Source: an uncultured archaeon (GTDB taxonomy: Archaea > Asgardarchaeota > Hermodarchaeia > Hermodarchaeales > Hermodarchaeaceae). Taken from it: a DNA stretch of 46,409 bases. Shown here piece by piece: positions 9,225 to 18,844 of the stretch. The stretch covers positions 1-46,409 of the forward strand of contig CAYFXC010000013.1 of NCBI GenBank assembly GCA_964347045.1, in the 5' to 3' direction. The translations under genes were made by a program, and so were the position numbers. Position 1 is the stretch's first letter. Every line of letters begins with the position of its first letter. Under the pieces are notes generated by a model. That model made no database searches, was not told the origin of the DNA, and was given only the letters and a program-made list of their open reading frames with translations.

Positions 9225-10025
9225 ATGTCCACTGATAATTTTATGGAGGACAAAGACGTCTTGGTAGTTCAAGAAACCCTATTCGAGATTGTAGAGCTAG
9301 TTGAACAATCAAAAGGAAAGAAACATGCAATTATTGCGTTACCTGATGCAGGCTTAGTTGGAACAATAGCAGGAATGCATTTAGTGCAAGCACTCCATAT
9401 GCGGCTAGTCGGTTACATCGATACGGATGTCATGCCACCAGTAGCTGTCATCCATGATCGCAAGGCGCGCCCCCCAATTCAGTTGTATGCAAACGAGGAT
9501 TTCCTGTTAATTGTATCCGAGATTCCTCTTCCCGTAGAGGCCATGCGACCAGTTTCCACCGCCATTTTACAATACCTCCAAGAATTAGAGCCTAAATCCA
9601 TTACAGCCCTTGGAGGAACCGCATTGCCCCCTGCGCTTCGATCCCAAATAGAAACACCGGAAGTGTATGCTGTAGCAACGACAGAATCTGAATACGATCG
9701 AATAATGGATAAAAAAATCAAGTTTCTTGATGAAGGCATCGTGGCCGGTACGTATGCTATTATTCTCTTGGAGGCACAGCGTCAAAAAATTCCAGTGACT
9801 TATGTGATGGCTCAGTCTTTCTTAAATTTCCCCGACCCAGGTGCAGCTGCAGAGACGATTAAGACCTTATCAAAACTCACTAACACCCCCATCCCCACTG
9901 AAGCCCTTATCGAAGGGGCGGAAGAGGTACGGGTCCGAGTCCGGGATTTAATGAACCAAACAACGACAACAATGCAAACGAGCGGCAAAGAGCAGGAATT
10001 TCAGATTCCTGCCTTTTATTCGTAA
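9225..10025 (+). CDS. Proteasome assembly chaperone PAC2 family (PbaA/PbaB-like) with C-terminal HbYX
   Basis: LPDAGLVGTIA, MPPVAVI, PDPGAAA; ends FYS; start moved to ATG 9225, about 25 nt after TTTTAT. Confidence 0.9.
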   Translation: MSTDNFMEDKDVLVVQETLFEIVELVEQSKGKKHAIIALPDAGLVGTIAGMHLVQALHMRLVGYIDTDVMPPVAVIHDRKARPPIQLYANEDFLLIVSEIPLPVEAMRPVSTAILQYLQELEPKSITALGGTALPPALRSQIETPEVYAVATTESEYDRIMDKKIKFLDEGIVAGTYAIILLEAQRQKIPVTYVMAQSFLNFPDPGAAAETIKTLSKLTNTPIPTEALIEGAEEVRVRVRDLMNQTTTTMQTSGKEQEFQIPAFYS

Positions 10026-10039
10026 GGAGGAGCCCATAA

Positions 10040-10510
10040 ATGCCTGAAGTAAAACAACCAAAGAAACGGAAAGACGTGCTTCATCGGCTGGAAGAATCTG
10101 TAAAAGCATTGCAACGTCGTTTCGATGAGCTTTTGGGGGTACCGGAAGGATTCCGGTCAAGGATTCGAGCCCTTTGGGACGGCGATTCCTGCTGCCTTGA
10201 GGCGCTGGGGGATGTCCAGGAGACCGAAACAGAATATATTGTTACCCTAGATTTGCCTATGGTGAATAAGGAAGATATTGAAATCACCGTTATGGATGAC
10301 CATCTCAGTGTCCAGGCAAAAATGCGTCAGGAGGTCCATTATGAGCGATGGGGAACAGTTCAACGACAAATTCGATTTCAAAGCCTTTCGAAAAAGGTTC
10401 CCCTTCCTCGCGATGCTGATGCAGAAAATGTCCAAGCCGGATTCAATGAAGGATTTCTAGAAATCCGTGTCCCTAAAAAGAAGCAGCCAAGACGAGTACA
10501 GATCGAGTAG
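10040..10510 (+). CDS. Small heat-shock protein (Hsp20/alpha-crystallin)
   Basis: DVQETETEYIVTLDLP, A.FNEGFLEIRVPK, C-terminal VQI motif; SD AAGGAGG. Confidence 0.92.
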   Translation: MPEVKQPKKRKDVLHRLEESVKALQRRFDELLGVPEGFRSRIRALWDGDSCCLEALGDVQETETEYIVTLDLPMVNKEDIEITVMDDHLSVQAKMRQEVHYERWGTVQRQIRFQSLSKKVPLPRDADAENVQAGFNEGFLEIRVPKKKQPRRVQIE

Positions 10511-10534
10511 GATATAACTCATAACAACGCATCA

Positions 10535-11083
10535 CTAAATCATTTTTGTCCCTGCAATGAGAATCCCAATAATTGAGACACAATCAGTGATTTCGTGCCG
10601 CTTAACCATTTCAAGTGCCTGGGTTATTGAGATTTGAGCCGTTTCAAATTCTTCCGTTTCATCAGGCGCCTCAGAGCAGAGTGTGAGCCCTCGAGCAAGG
10701 AAGATATACCCTTTATCACGCATTAGCGATTTATTCGATTGCATGATACTGACCAGCTCTAATGTTTCAGCTTGATACCCCACTTCCTGACGGAGTTCGC
10801 GCTGAGCAGCCTGTTCAGGGGTCTCGTTTTCATCGATGGCGCCTGAAGCTATTTCCCAACTAATTTCATTTTGAATGTAGCGGTATTGTTGAACTAATAC
10901 CACGGTCTTGGAGTCAAGCAGAGGGACAACTCCAACAAAGTTACTTTTTGGCTCAACTATTCCATAAAGTGTCGTGTTTCCATTCGGGAGTTGTACCTGG
11001 TCTTCATAAACCCGTATCCAAGGATTTTCATAGACAATTCTTTGATTGAGGCACTTCCACGAACGAATCTTTGAATTTGGCAC
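10535..11083 (-). CDS. NUDIX hydrolase (ADP-ribose pyrophosphatase-like)
   Basis: QYRY, Nudix box GAIDENETPEQAAQRELRQEVGY. Confidence 0.88.
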   Translation of the reverse strand: MPNSKIRSWKCLNQRIVYENPWIRVYEDQVQLPNGNTTLYGIVEPKSNFVGVVPLLDSKTVVLVQQYRYIQNEISWEIASGAIDENETPEQAAQRELRQEVGYQAETLELVSIMQSNKSLMRDKGYIFLARGLTLCSEAPDETEEFETAQISITQALEMVKRHEITDCVSIIGILIAGTKMI

Positions 11084-11106
11084 AGGTAATTCCTCGTAGG
11101 AGTCAG

Positions 11107-12876
11107 TTAATTGGCAACTACTTCAGTCGTTTTCTTTTCTTTTTTCTCATCTTCTTCAACTGGAGGTGGTGTACAACCTTCTAACCAAATCGATCCGATT
11201 AAGGCAAGTTCTGGCGGGTTAAGGTTTGCTTCCCGATCAATAATCACATCGATGACCGCAGGTAGCTTGGATTTAATTGCCCGTTCGAGGGCGGGTTGAA
11301 TTTCTTTAATTTTGGTAACGCGTTCCCCAAAGCAACCCATTGCTATGGCCACTTTATCATAGCGAACATCGGTGAAATCGACCTGATAATATCGATCTTC
11401 AAACAGAAGATGTTGAACTCCTGCAATCATCCCATACCGTCGATCATTGGCAATTATTGCAATCATCGGAGTATTGAGTCGCGCCGCAGTTTCTAATTCC
11501 TGAATATTAAACATGAAAGCGCCATCACCACTAATCAGATAGACTTGACGATTTGGGTGCGTTTTCTTTGCGGCTATTGCATAAGGAAGCCCGACGCCGA
11601 GATGCCCTGAATCACAGGCATAGAGATAAGAGCGGGGTTTATAGATACGATTTAGATGAAGAGTCCAAAGAATACTATTTCCTCCATCAACACAAACGAT
11701 TGCATCTCGATCAAAGAAGTCACGAACCTCTTTAGCCAGGCGAAGGGGATGAATAGGTTCAGTGTCCTGAGATGCAATATCTAATTGGGATTGATAGAAC
11801 ATTTGTCGAGTGTTTTGACACTGTGTTAGTAGAGTTGAAGGAGGTTTAGCCTTGCTACGTCGCCGAACTTCTGAAAGCAGAAACTGGAGTGTACTTTTAG
11901 CATCTCCTACAAGGGCTAAATCTACTTCCCGATTGACACCAATCATCTCGCTTGAAATGTCAATTTGTACGAGTTTCTGTTGTTCAGGAACCTTCCACCC
12001 TGGTGGTTTCCCCCAAAAATCTAAGTCGCCTAGCCGTCCTCCAACGAGAAGAACAATGTCCGCACAGTTTTGTGCAAATGCTCCGCATTGAAGCCCGGGT
12101 TCAAACGCAAGGGGATGATCCTCGGGGATGACTCCTCGTGCGGTAGGGCTCACCGTCACCGCTGCGGAAAGATGTTCTGCAAGCTCTACGAGCACTTCTG
12201 AAGCTTCGGCCCATAACACGCCAGATCCTGCATGAATGAGTGGGAACTCAGATTCTAGCAACATCTGAGCTACTTGTCCAATAAGGGTTGGATATGCCGT
12301 GGGCTGAGTGGTTGATCGATATTTTTCAGGAGGAATAATTTGGGGTGGTGTCTCCACGGTTCCGTAGAGGACATTGGAAGGCAGATCAAGATGAACAGGT
12401 CCTGGTCGACCAGCTAAGGCGGTGCGAAAGGCTTGCTGAACAAGCTGAGGAATGCGATCAATCGACCAGGCAATAGCATTCCATTTTACTATAGATGTGA
12501 ATAGGCGAATCTGATCGAGGCCTTGCGTCATTCCCGTATCAGGATAAATCCGCCAAGTTTGGTTCTGTGCAGTTAATACTACGATAGGTACACTATCAGC
12601 ATATGCAGCATATACACCGCCAGCTAAGTTTACTGCACCAGGTCCCACTGTTCCAAGGCAAATTCCAGGTTTTCCAGTTGTCCTGGCATAAGCATCAGCC
12701 ATATGGGCAGCAGCGGCTTCATGTCGCGTAGTAACGAATTCAATGCCCAATTTGTCTCCCTTTCGTGCGAGTACATCAAAGAAAGAATTCCATTGATCAC
12801 CGATGATACCGAATATGTATTCTACTTGTTCATTAGCAAGGCATCTAGCTAGAATTTCTCCACCTGAAATTGTCAC
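11107..12876 (-). CDS. Thiamine-diphosphate enzyme (acetolactate synthase large subunit / 2-hydroxyacyl-CoA lyase-like)
   Basis: TRHEAAAAHMADAYAR, GPGAVN, GRPGPVHLDLP, GDGAFMF...ND TPP motif; GTG start at VTISGG. Confidence 0.88.
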   Translation of the reverse strand: MTISGGEILARCLANEQVEYIFGIIGDQWNSFFDVLARKGDKLGIEFVTTRHEAAAAHMADAYARTTGKPGICLGTVGPGAVNLAGGVYAAYADSVPIVVLTAQNQTWRIYPDTGMTQGLDQIRLFTSIVKWNAIAWSIDRIPQLVQQAFRTALAGRPGPVHLDLPSNVLYGTVETPPQIIPPEKYRSTTQPTAYPTLIGQVAQMLLESEFPLIHAGSGVLWAEASEVLVELAEHLSAAVTVSPTARGVIPEDHPLAFEPGLQCGAFAQNCADIVLLVGGRLGDLDFWGKPPGWKVPEQQKLVQIDISSEMIGVNREVDLALVGDAKSTLQFLLSEVRRRSKAKPPSTLLTQCQNTRQMFYQSQLDIASQDTEPIHPLRLAKEVRDFFDRDAIVCVDGGNSILWTLHLNRIYKPRSYLYACDSGHLGVGLPYAIAAKKTHPNRQVYLISGDGAFMFNIQELETAARLNTPMIAIIANDRRYGMIAGVQHLLFEDRYYQVDFTDVRYDKVAIAMGCFGERVTKIKEIQPALERAIKSKLPAVIDVIIDREANLNPPELALIGSIWLEGCTPPPVEEDEKKEKKTTEVVAN

Positions 12877-12998
12877 AGTATCACGCCACCGAGCATTATT
12901 GAATAGTAGCAAAATAATGCGTAGTTTGTCTTCTTATGTCATGTGGGTCGCCAAAAAAGGGAGGATTTTATAAGTAGTTATGAATATAAATTCATAAC

Positions 12999-13436
12999 AT
13001 GCCAAGGCCCCATAAGCGCAGATTTGTCCGCGCAGAGCCCAACGTACGCCATTACGCACCTAGAGGCATCCCCATCGGGACCATTGCGGAAGTCAGACTC
13101 AATGTTGACGAATATGAAGCGGTTCGAATCAAACATTATGAGGGAGCTTCTCAGATCGAAGCAGCACATCAGCTTAGGATTTCACAGCCAACCCTTCATA
13201 GAATCCTAAAATCAGCTCTTGCTAAGGTAGCAGATGCACTAGTTAATGGTAAAGCACTTCGAATAGAGGGGGGACCATTTGAACTTCCAACTATGAGATG
13301 GTTCCGTTGTTTTACCTGTCAGCACCAATGGAGTGAATCTTTTGGAACAGGTAGACCGGGAACTTGTCCACGATGTAATAGCCACTATCTGCGCCGCCTA
13401 GCACCCTCCGAAGTTGATGAACAAGGAGATGAATGA
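12999..13436 (+). CDS. DUF134 HTH protein with C-terminal zinc ribbon
   Basis: MPRP..RR.V, DEYEAVR, ISQPT..RIL..A..KVADALVNGKALRIEGG, then CFTC...CPRC. Confidence 0.88.
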   Translation: MPRPHKRRFVRAEPNVRHYAPRGIPIGTIAEVRLNVDEYEAVRIKHYEGASQIEAAHQLRISQPTLHRILKSALAKVADALVNGKALRIEGGPFELPTMRWFRCFTCQHQWSESFGTGRPGTCPRCNSHYLRRLAPSEVDEQGDE

Positions 13437-13816
13437 TGACGAGAATTTTTCTAACAGCACAGGGTCCAACTCTTGATGCACCTATTGATGATCAATTTGG
13501 TCGGTGTGCAAACTTCATTATTGTTAACAAAGCAAAGTTGAAGATTGAAACAATTCTCAATCCAAGAGCTATGACAAGTTATGGAGCGGGAACCTTGGCA
13601 GCCCATTGTGTCGTCGATCACGAAGCAAAAATCGTATTGACAGGAAAAATGGGTCCTAAACCCCATAATGTCCTAAATACATGTGGTGTGGAGATTTACA
13701 TAGGAATTACTGGAATTGTACGTCAGACAATTGATCAATTCAAGAGGAATAAACTGATTAAACTGACAATACCCATGGTTCCTGCCCATAGAGGTAAAGA
13801 ACATAGGCACGATTAA
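13433..13816 (+). CDS. NifB/NifX family Fe-Mo cofactor-binding-like protein
   Basis: FGRCANF, GAG, TGKMGP; overlaps the DUF134 stop. Confidence 0.85.
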   Translation: MMTRIFLTAQGPTLDAPIDDQFGRCANFIIVNKAKLKIETILNPRAMTSYGAGTLAAHCVVDHEAKIVLTGKMGPKPHNVLNTCGVEIYIGITGIVRQTIDQFKRNKLIKLTIPMVPAHRGKEHRHD

Positions 13817-13919
13817 TGGTAGTTCCAAAAAAGTCGTTTGATACTTTTACTCATTAAAGGCTCAAATAAATATCACCGCGAAAGATTCTTGAGAAAACCT
13901 TGCGTTGAAAGTAAATAGG

Positions 13920-15221
13920 CTAGTCTTTGGATTTGCGATATTGGTCTGGTTCAGCGCGGTAGACTTTTTCAACGGTTTTACCGGCTCCAGGAGTATCGAG
14001 TTCAACATCACGTTTCTCGCCACGAGGTTCTTGGAGAAATTCTTTGATTACGTCACTTTGGATAATGAGCCGCATGATTTCACTGCTACCTGTCCAAATG
14101 GTAGCGAGCCGGGCATCGCGATACAATCTTTCGATGGGATAGATGTCGGTATACCCGATCCCTCCGAGTATTTGCATGGATTCTGATAGTGTTTTGTAAC
14201 AGGCTTCTGTGGCAAACAGTTTAGCTTGGGAAACGGCTTTACGACTAGGTTGTCCGGCATCCGCGAGTCGTGCTGCACGATATACTAGCCCTCGTGCCGC
14301 GTCCAAGGCTGTAGCGCAATCGGCAATTTTGAAGCTGACACCTTCAAAACGACTTATGGTTTGACCAAAAGCTTCACGTCGAGTTGCATAGCGGATGGCA
14401 AGTTCTAGCGCCGCTCGCCCCATCCCAATAGCACCTGCAGCGGAGGTGAGCCTTTCGGGGACCATCATTGCATTGAAAATATCCGTGGCGCCGTCTAGCT
14501 GACCGACGAGGTTTTCTTTGGGAACTTCTACATCATTCAAGACAATTCGAGCAGCTCCCATACCACGGCACCCCATGAGACTGTAATGTTCATCGACTTC
14601 TACGCCCATATCACGATCGACGAGAAATGCACTAAGTGATCGATGAGGAGGTGCCTTTGTATTGGTTTTTGTATAAATCAAGAAATAATCAGCACCTATA
14701 CCGCCTGCCACAAACCGTTTTTCCCCATTTATCACAAAATGATCGCCTTGAGCAACAGCAGAGGTAATTGTGCCAAAGAAATCGGAACCTCCACGAGGTT
14801 CAGTAAGACCTTCAGCACAAATTTTCTCGCCACGGAGAGTTGGAGCAAGATAGGAAAGCTTCTGGTCCTCTGATCCAAATTTATCGATGGATTCCCCCAC
14901 AATACTGGGTAGGGAGTAAGCACAGCCCAGAGCAATACCTAATACGCCAATTTCTTCGATGGCCAACATTTCAGAGACCCAGTTAAGGCCTCGTCCAGAA
15001 TATTTCTTAGGAAACCGTAATCCGATTAGGTTTGACTTTGTAGCCGATTTGATGAAATCATAAGGGTATTCTTGCTCATTTCCATCCATACGGATGATTA
15101 GATTTGGATCTATTTTATCACGAACAAATTTTCGCATTTCATCACGAATTTCACGCTCACTCTCTGTAAGTAGAACATCAAACATGTTTGGATCCCTCCG
15201 AATGGGAGCTTCAGAGTACAA
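13920..15221 (-). CDS. Acyl-CoA dehydrogenase
   Basis: GLTEPRGGSD, NGEKRF, RREAFGQ, GGIGY...ERLYRDAR...IWTGSSE. Confidence 0.93.
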   Translation of the reverse strand: MYSEAPIRRDPNMFDVLLTESEREIRDEMRKFVRDKIDPNLIIRMDGNEQEYPYDFIKSATKSNLIGLRFPKKYSGRGLNWVSEMLAIEEIGVLGIALGCAYSLPSIVGESIDKFGSEDQKLSYLAPTLRGEKICAEGLTEPRGGSDFFGTITSAVAQGDHFVINGEKRFVAGGIGADYFLIYTKTNTKAPPHRSLSAFLVDRDMGVEVDEHYSLMGCRGMGAARIVLNDVEVPKENLVGQLDGATDIFNAMMVPERLTSAAGAIGMGRAALELAIRYATRREAFGQTISRFEGVSFKIADCATALDAARGLVYRAARLADAGQPSRKAVSQAKLFATEACYKTLSESMQILGGIGYTDIYPIERLYRDARLATIWTGSSEIMRLIIQSDVIKEFLQEPRGEKRDVELDTPGAGKTVEKVYRAEPDQYRKSKD

Positions 15222-15236
15222 TGTCGATTATGTACA

Positions 15237-15584
15237 CTAGTCCAATAAAGCGCTTAAGGTATCCGATTTTGAAGAGCTTCGGGCGATATAAATAGCATCT
15301 ACAGGGCAGACTAGCTCACAGGCAAGGCATTCTAGACAAGCAGATTCGTTCACGGGGTCAGCCTTGATCACACCAGGTGATACCTCCCATTGCTCGAAGA
15401 CATCTTCAGGGCATACAGTCAGGCATTTTACGCAACCAGTACAAACATCAGAATCCACAGCTACACGTGTTCCGTGAATGCCCAGTATCGATGTTTTGGA
15501 TTGCCAAACCGAATGATTGTGATGCTGACCAGTTCGATTCCATGTAGATAGGAAAGTTCGATCGATGGGCATATGTGGCACCAT
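15237..15584 (-). CDS. 2x[4Fe-4S] ferredoxin
   Basis: CTGCVKCLTVCP and CLECLACELVCP. Confidence 0.9.
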   Translation of the reverse strand: MVPHMPIDRTFLSTWNRTGQHHNHSVWQSKTSILGIHGTRVAVDSDVCTGCVKCLTVCPEDVFEQWEVSPGVIKADPVNESACLECLACELVCPVDAIYIARSSSKSDTLSALLD

Positions 15585-15654
15585 TTCGCACAGGTGTTAT
15601 AAACAAAGTGTATCGCGCCTATTCTTTTGATAGTGCCCGTATATCTTAAGTACA

Positions 15655-16236
15655 GTGACTGTTCGAGATAGCATATCAGGTAAAAAAAATCCTGTCTGTC
15701 TATTGGGGATGTTTTCCATATCTCCTGCCAAGTCTTTGCAAATTACCCCGCTTTCGAGAAAAAACCTGGAGCAGGCCGCGCGAATATATGCACAGGGTTT
15801 ATTGATGGAGAAGCCACCAGGATCTTCGGAGCCTTTGGATGAGTTAATTGAATCTCTTAAGCTTCATCTGCAGATTGCCCTTGGAACAAAAGAAAATCGG
15901 ATAATTTGGCTTGCAACGCAGAAAACCAGAGTGAAAGGCCTTTTGGACTTTTATCATCGTCCGACTGAACTTTTTATTCGATTCATCTGTGCGATTCCCA
16001 CGAATCTAGGAACAGGAACCTGGCTCCTCAATCAGCTTGCTAAGTATGGATTAAAACACCAAATTGATTTAGTTAAAGCGACAGTTAGCTCGGTTGATTC
16101 GCGCGCGCATCAGTTTTATTTTACTCACTTAAAATTCCAGAAAGTGGGTAGTCGCTTTGATGAACCAGGGTTTGAATTGTTTCTAGCAGAGATTTCATCT
16201 CAAACCTTGTATGATATAAGTTCTCAATCTGGCTGA
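15655..16236 (+). CDS. GNAT family N-acetyltransferase
   Basis: NLGTGTWLL motif A variant, A..FY...F; start uncertain (possibly ATG 15709). Confidence 0.7.
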   Translation: MTVRDSISGKKNPVCLLGMFSISPAKSLQITPLSRKNLEQAARIYAQGLLMEKPPGSSEPLDELIESLKLHLQIALGTKENRIIWLATQKTRVKGLLDFYHRPTELFIRFICAIPTNLGTGTWLLNQLAKYGLKHQIDLVKATVSSVDSRAHQFYFTHLKFQKVGSRFDEPGFELFLAEISSQTLYDISSQSG

Positions 16237-16237
16237 T

Positions 16238-16284
16238 AAAATAGAAAAAGGTCCTTCACATCCCCGCTTTGAGACGTGAAGGCC
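16238..16284 (-). terminator. Hairpin plus U-tract after SSB-1
   Basis: Minus strand CCTTCACGTCTC-N6-GGGATGTGAAGG (12 bp with G-U pairs), then TTTTTCTATTTT. Confidence 0.7.
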
Positions 16285-16305
16285 AAGGAGAATGGAAATT
16301 GAGGT

Positions 16306-16776
16306 TTAATAACGACGTCCACGGTCGCGTCGATCGCCACGCCGATATCCGCCACCGCGCCCACCATAGCTTCGTCGACGATAGCGGGGTTGTTCGTGTT
16401 CTGCGGCGGACATGTCGTTTTCAGCATCAACTTCTTCAATAGGTTCTTCGGCTTCGCTGATTTCTCCGTATCGTCCTATGTTCAGGCGGAGGTGTCCTTG
16501 AAAAAGGCTTGTATAGCCCTTTTCTAAGCGGTAGGTTTTGTCAATTTCAACGGCTTCGATATTGTCGTCCCATAAGGAGAGAAAGACTGTGCCAGTGGTA
16601 TCACCTGCTGTTGCATCAACAACTCGATGAGTTTCGCCATCTCGGCGGGAAGAGACTTCGCGTTCTTCACCCTTCTCGATGACTTTGAAGGTGATATTCA
16701 AACTTTTCATAAAAGGTCGCAATTCTGCGACTGTAGCCTCAACAGGCTCTCGATCGTAGCTCATTTTCGGTACCAC
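16306..16776 (-). CDS. ssb: Single-OB-fold ssDNA-binding protein with RG-rich tail (SSB-1)
   Basis: GDTTGTVFLSLWD, GYTSLFQGHLRLNIGRYG (crenarchaeal SSB / hSSB1-type OB fold); acidic linker; tail ends DRGRRY. Confidence 0.9.
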   Translation of the reverse strand: MVPKMSYDREPVEATVAELRPFMKSLNITFKVIEKGEEREVSSRRDGETHRVVDATAGDTTGTVFLSLWDDNIEAVEIDKTYRLEKGYTSLFQGHLRLNIGRYGEISEAEEPIEEVDAENDMSAAEHEQPRYRRRSYGGRGGGYRRGDRRDRGRRY

Positions 16777-16896
16777 GTTGCTTCAATATTCAGGTTCCTT
16801 ACCAAATCTTTCCTCTAGTTCTGCCGCAATCTGAGGTAGCCACAAGAGAAATCGATTCAGAATGTTAGACCTGCTTCATTCTCCAAACCAATTCGG

Positions 16897-16905
16897 ATAT
16901 AAAAA
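16897..16905 (-). promoter_or_regulatory. TATA box of SSB-1
   Basis: TTTTTATAT 120 nt upstream of GTG; position conserved with SSB-2. Confidence 0.65.
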
Positions 16906-16956
16906 GGCTACGGGCACTCGATTTCGCGAGAGTTTTGAGTTCCGGGAAATCTCGTA

Positions 16957-16981
16957 ATAGATAAATAACCTCTTTATCTAT
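16957..16981. promoter_or_regulatory. 9-7-9 palindrome (operator or back-to-back TATA-like boxes)
   Basis: ATAGATAAA-TAACCTC-TTTATCTAT. Confidence 0.45.
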
Positions 16982-17054
16982 CAGGTGCTAAAATTGGGTA
17001 AGAATTCAAGATTGGACGGTCCGGATATTCGTTCATTATACTTTGGTGGTAATA

Positions 17055-17222
17055 TTGTCGGATTTGAATCCGCTTTTAGATAACTGCAATCGACGGAGCG
17101 TTCACTACGACCAAGAAAAGATTAAGGAGCTGAGAAGTAGTTTGGATGAGATGTTAGAGCCACCGGCAAGACATCACTTGAAGAGCGATCAACAAGCAAT
17201 AAAAACGAACAAACAGTTTTAA
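17055..17222 (+). CDS. Possible 55-aa small protein
   Basis: TTG after GGTGGT; MSDLNPLLDNCNRRSVHYDQEKIKELRSSLDEMLEPP...; fills an otherwise empty gap; no recognisable motif. Confidence 0.3.
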   Translation: MSDLNPLLDNCNRRSVHYDQEKIKELRSSLDEMLEPPARHHLKSDQQAIKTNKQF

Positions 17223-17294
17223 CTTATAATTAAAGACTGTAATCTCACGATTAATCCAAAAAATTAGCCGAATAATTGTATCATAATTATCCTA

Positions 17295-18014
17295 ATGGAG
17301 CTAAATAATATGGGTACGGATTTGGACATGTCTGTGCTTGATCTTCTCAGCTATGGATTATATATTGTAGCGGCAAAATCAGGTGAGCAAATTAACGGGC
17401 TGATTGTGAATACCGTTTTTCAAATAACCGCATTTCCACCGCGAGTAGCAGTTAGTATCAATAAGGAAAATCTCACACACGACCTTATTGTCCAAAGTGG
17501 TATGTTTTCTGTTTCAATTCTTGATCAGTCAACACCTCTAGCGTTTATTGGCCGGTTTGGGTTTAGGTCTGGACGAGAATTGGATAAGCTTAGTGATGTC
17601 AAACACCTGGAAGGAATAGAAAATTGCCCCATCATTGTTGATTATGCACTTGCTTACCTTGAAGTGAAGGTAATCAATCAAGTAGATGCCGATACACATT
17701 CAGTATTTATTGGGGAAGTCAAGGGTGCAAAAATGCTCCAAGAAGGTACTCCTTTGACGTATGCATATTACCATCAGATCAAAGGAGGAAAGACTTCGAA
17801 ACGCGCCGCCACCTATATTCCACCAACTTCTGACAAGGTACCAACCACTGAAGTTTCGGGGAAGTATCAATGTGAAGTGTGCGGCTGGATTTATGATTCG
17901 GAAAAAGGAGACCCAGAAAATGGGATACCAGCTGGTACAGCCTTTGAAGAAATTCCAGATGATTGGGTATGCCCTGTTTGTGGGGCTAGTAAAAACGCGT
18001 TCAAACCGATTTAG
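17295..18014 (+). CDS. hrb: Flavin reductase-rubredoxin fusion (high-molecular-weight rubredoxin)
   Basis: [35 protein letters not shown]; C-terminal CEVCGWIYD...WVCPVCG. Confidence 0.9.
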   Translation: MELNNMGTDLDMSVLDLLSYGLYIVAAKSGEQINGLIVNTVFQITAFPPRVAVSINKENLTHDLIVQSGMFSVSILDQSTPLAFIGRFGFRSGRELDKLSDVKHLEGIENCPIIVDYALAYLEVKVINQVDADTHSVFIGEVKGAKMLQEGTPLTYAYYHQIKGGKTSKRAATYIPPTSDKVPTTEVSGKYQCEVCGWIYDSEKGDPENGIPAGTAFEEIPDDWVCPVCGASKNAFKPI

Positions 18015-18073
18015 AAAAGAGTTCTAAAAATAGCGAAATTAATATTGGGCAAGTGAATTTCCTCTAATATGAG

Positions 18074-18538
18074 GTGTTTATGATAGGTTTACCAAATGTT
18101 GGACAGCCGGCCCCAAATTTCATTGGAATTACAGATGATAATTCTGAGCTTGAATTAAGCACATTGAAAGGGAATATTGTTATTTTGTATTTCTATCCCC
18201 GTGCATATACACCAGGATGCACAAAGGAAGCCTGCTCCTTTCGTGATAATATGATCCGATTAACGGGCATGGGCGTCAAGGTGATCGGTGTAAGCACAGA
18301 TAGTTTAAAACGCCAATCAGGATTCAAAGCCAAACATGACCTGTCCTTTCCTTTAATTGCAGATACGGACAAGAAAATCGTTGACCTCTATGGAGTAAAA
18401 AGGGCAGGCATCGGAATAGCGAAACGGGTTACTTTTCTCATCGATCAGGAAGGCGTCATTCGATTTGTATGGCCTAAGGTCAGCGTCGAGGGACATGTCG
18501 ATGAAATCATAGCCAAAATTAGTGAACTTGCCCTATAG
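18074..18538 (+). CDS. bcp: Peroxiredoxin Bcp/PrxQ
   Basis: YFYPRAYTPGCTKEACSFRD, RVTFLID. Confidence 0.92.
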   Translation: MFMIGLPNVGQPAPNFIGITDDNSELELSTLKGNIVILYFYPRAYTPGCTKEACSFRDNMIRLTGMGVKVIGVSTDSLKRQSGFKAKHDLSFPLIADTDKKIVDLYGVKRAGIGIAKRVTFLIDQEGVIRFVWPKVSVEGHVDEIIAKISELAL

Positions 18539-18593
18539 CAAAAGATGAGGCTATATTTGCTGAATGTTCAACAAACAGCAAGGGGGGATAACC

Positions 18594-18842
18594 TCATTGA
18601 GTAGCGGACTTGGGATAGACTTTGAGTGCGTTGTTTGGGCAGGCCTCAATGCAGGTGTTGCAACCATTGCAAAACATTTGCATCGCTGGTGAGATCACAT
18701 ATTCAGTGGGTGGTATGCCTTCTTCTCGATTGGGAGCATATAACGCGAAAACGGCTTGCGGACAAACGCGAAGACAACGAACACAATCAAGAGCGTTTTG
18801 ACACTTCTCGTTGCTCCACTCAACCTTGTAGTAATTCTGCAT
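18594..18842 (-). CDS. Small [4Fe-4S] ferredoxin
   Basis: C....CVRCLRVCP and CNGCNTCIEACP; ATG 2 nt after the upstream stop. Confidence 0.85.
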   Translation of the reverse strand: MQNYYKVEWSNEKCQNALDCVRCLRVCPQAVFALYAPNREEGIPPTEYVISPAMQMFCNGCNTCIEACPNNALKVYPKSATQ

Positions 18843-18844
18843 AT

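Noticed and set aside
10535-11083. Glu-to-Gln change in the Nudix box (RELRQEVG) as a pseudo-enzyme sign
   Set aside because: That position is variable; the key RE and final E are intact.
18080-18097. Identical IGLPN N-terminus in Bcp and the methyltransferase starting at 43603
   Set aside because: Only five or six residues with different codons; likely chance.
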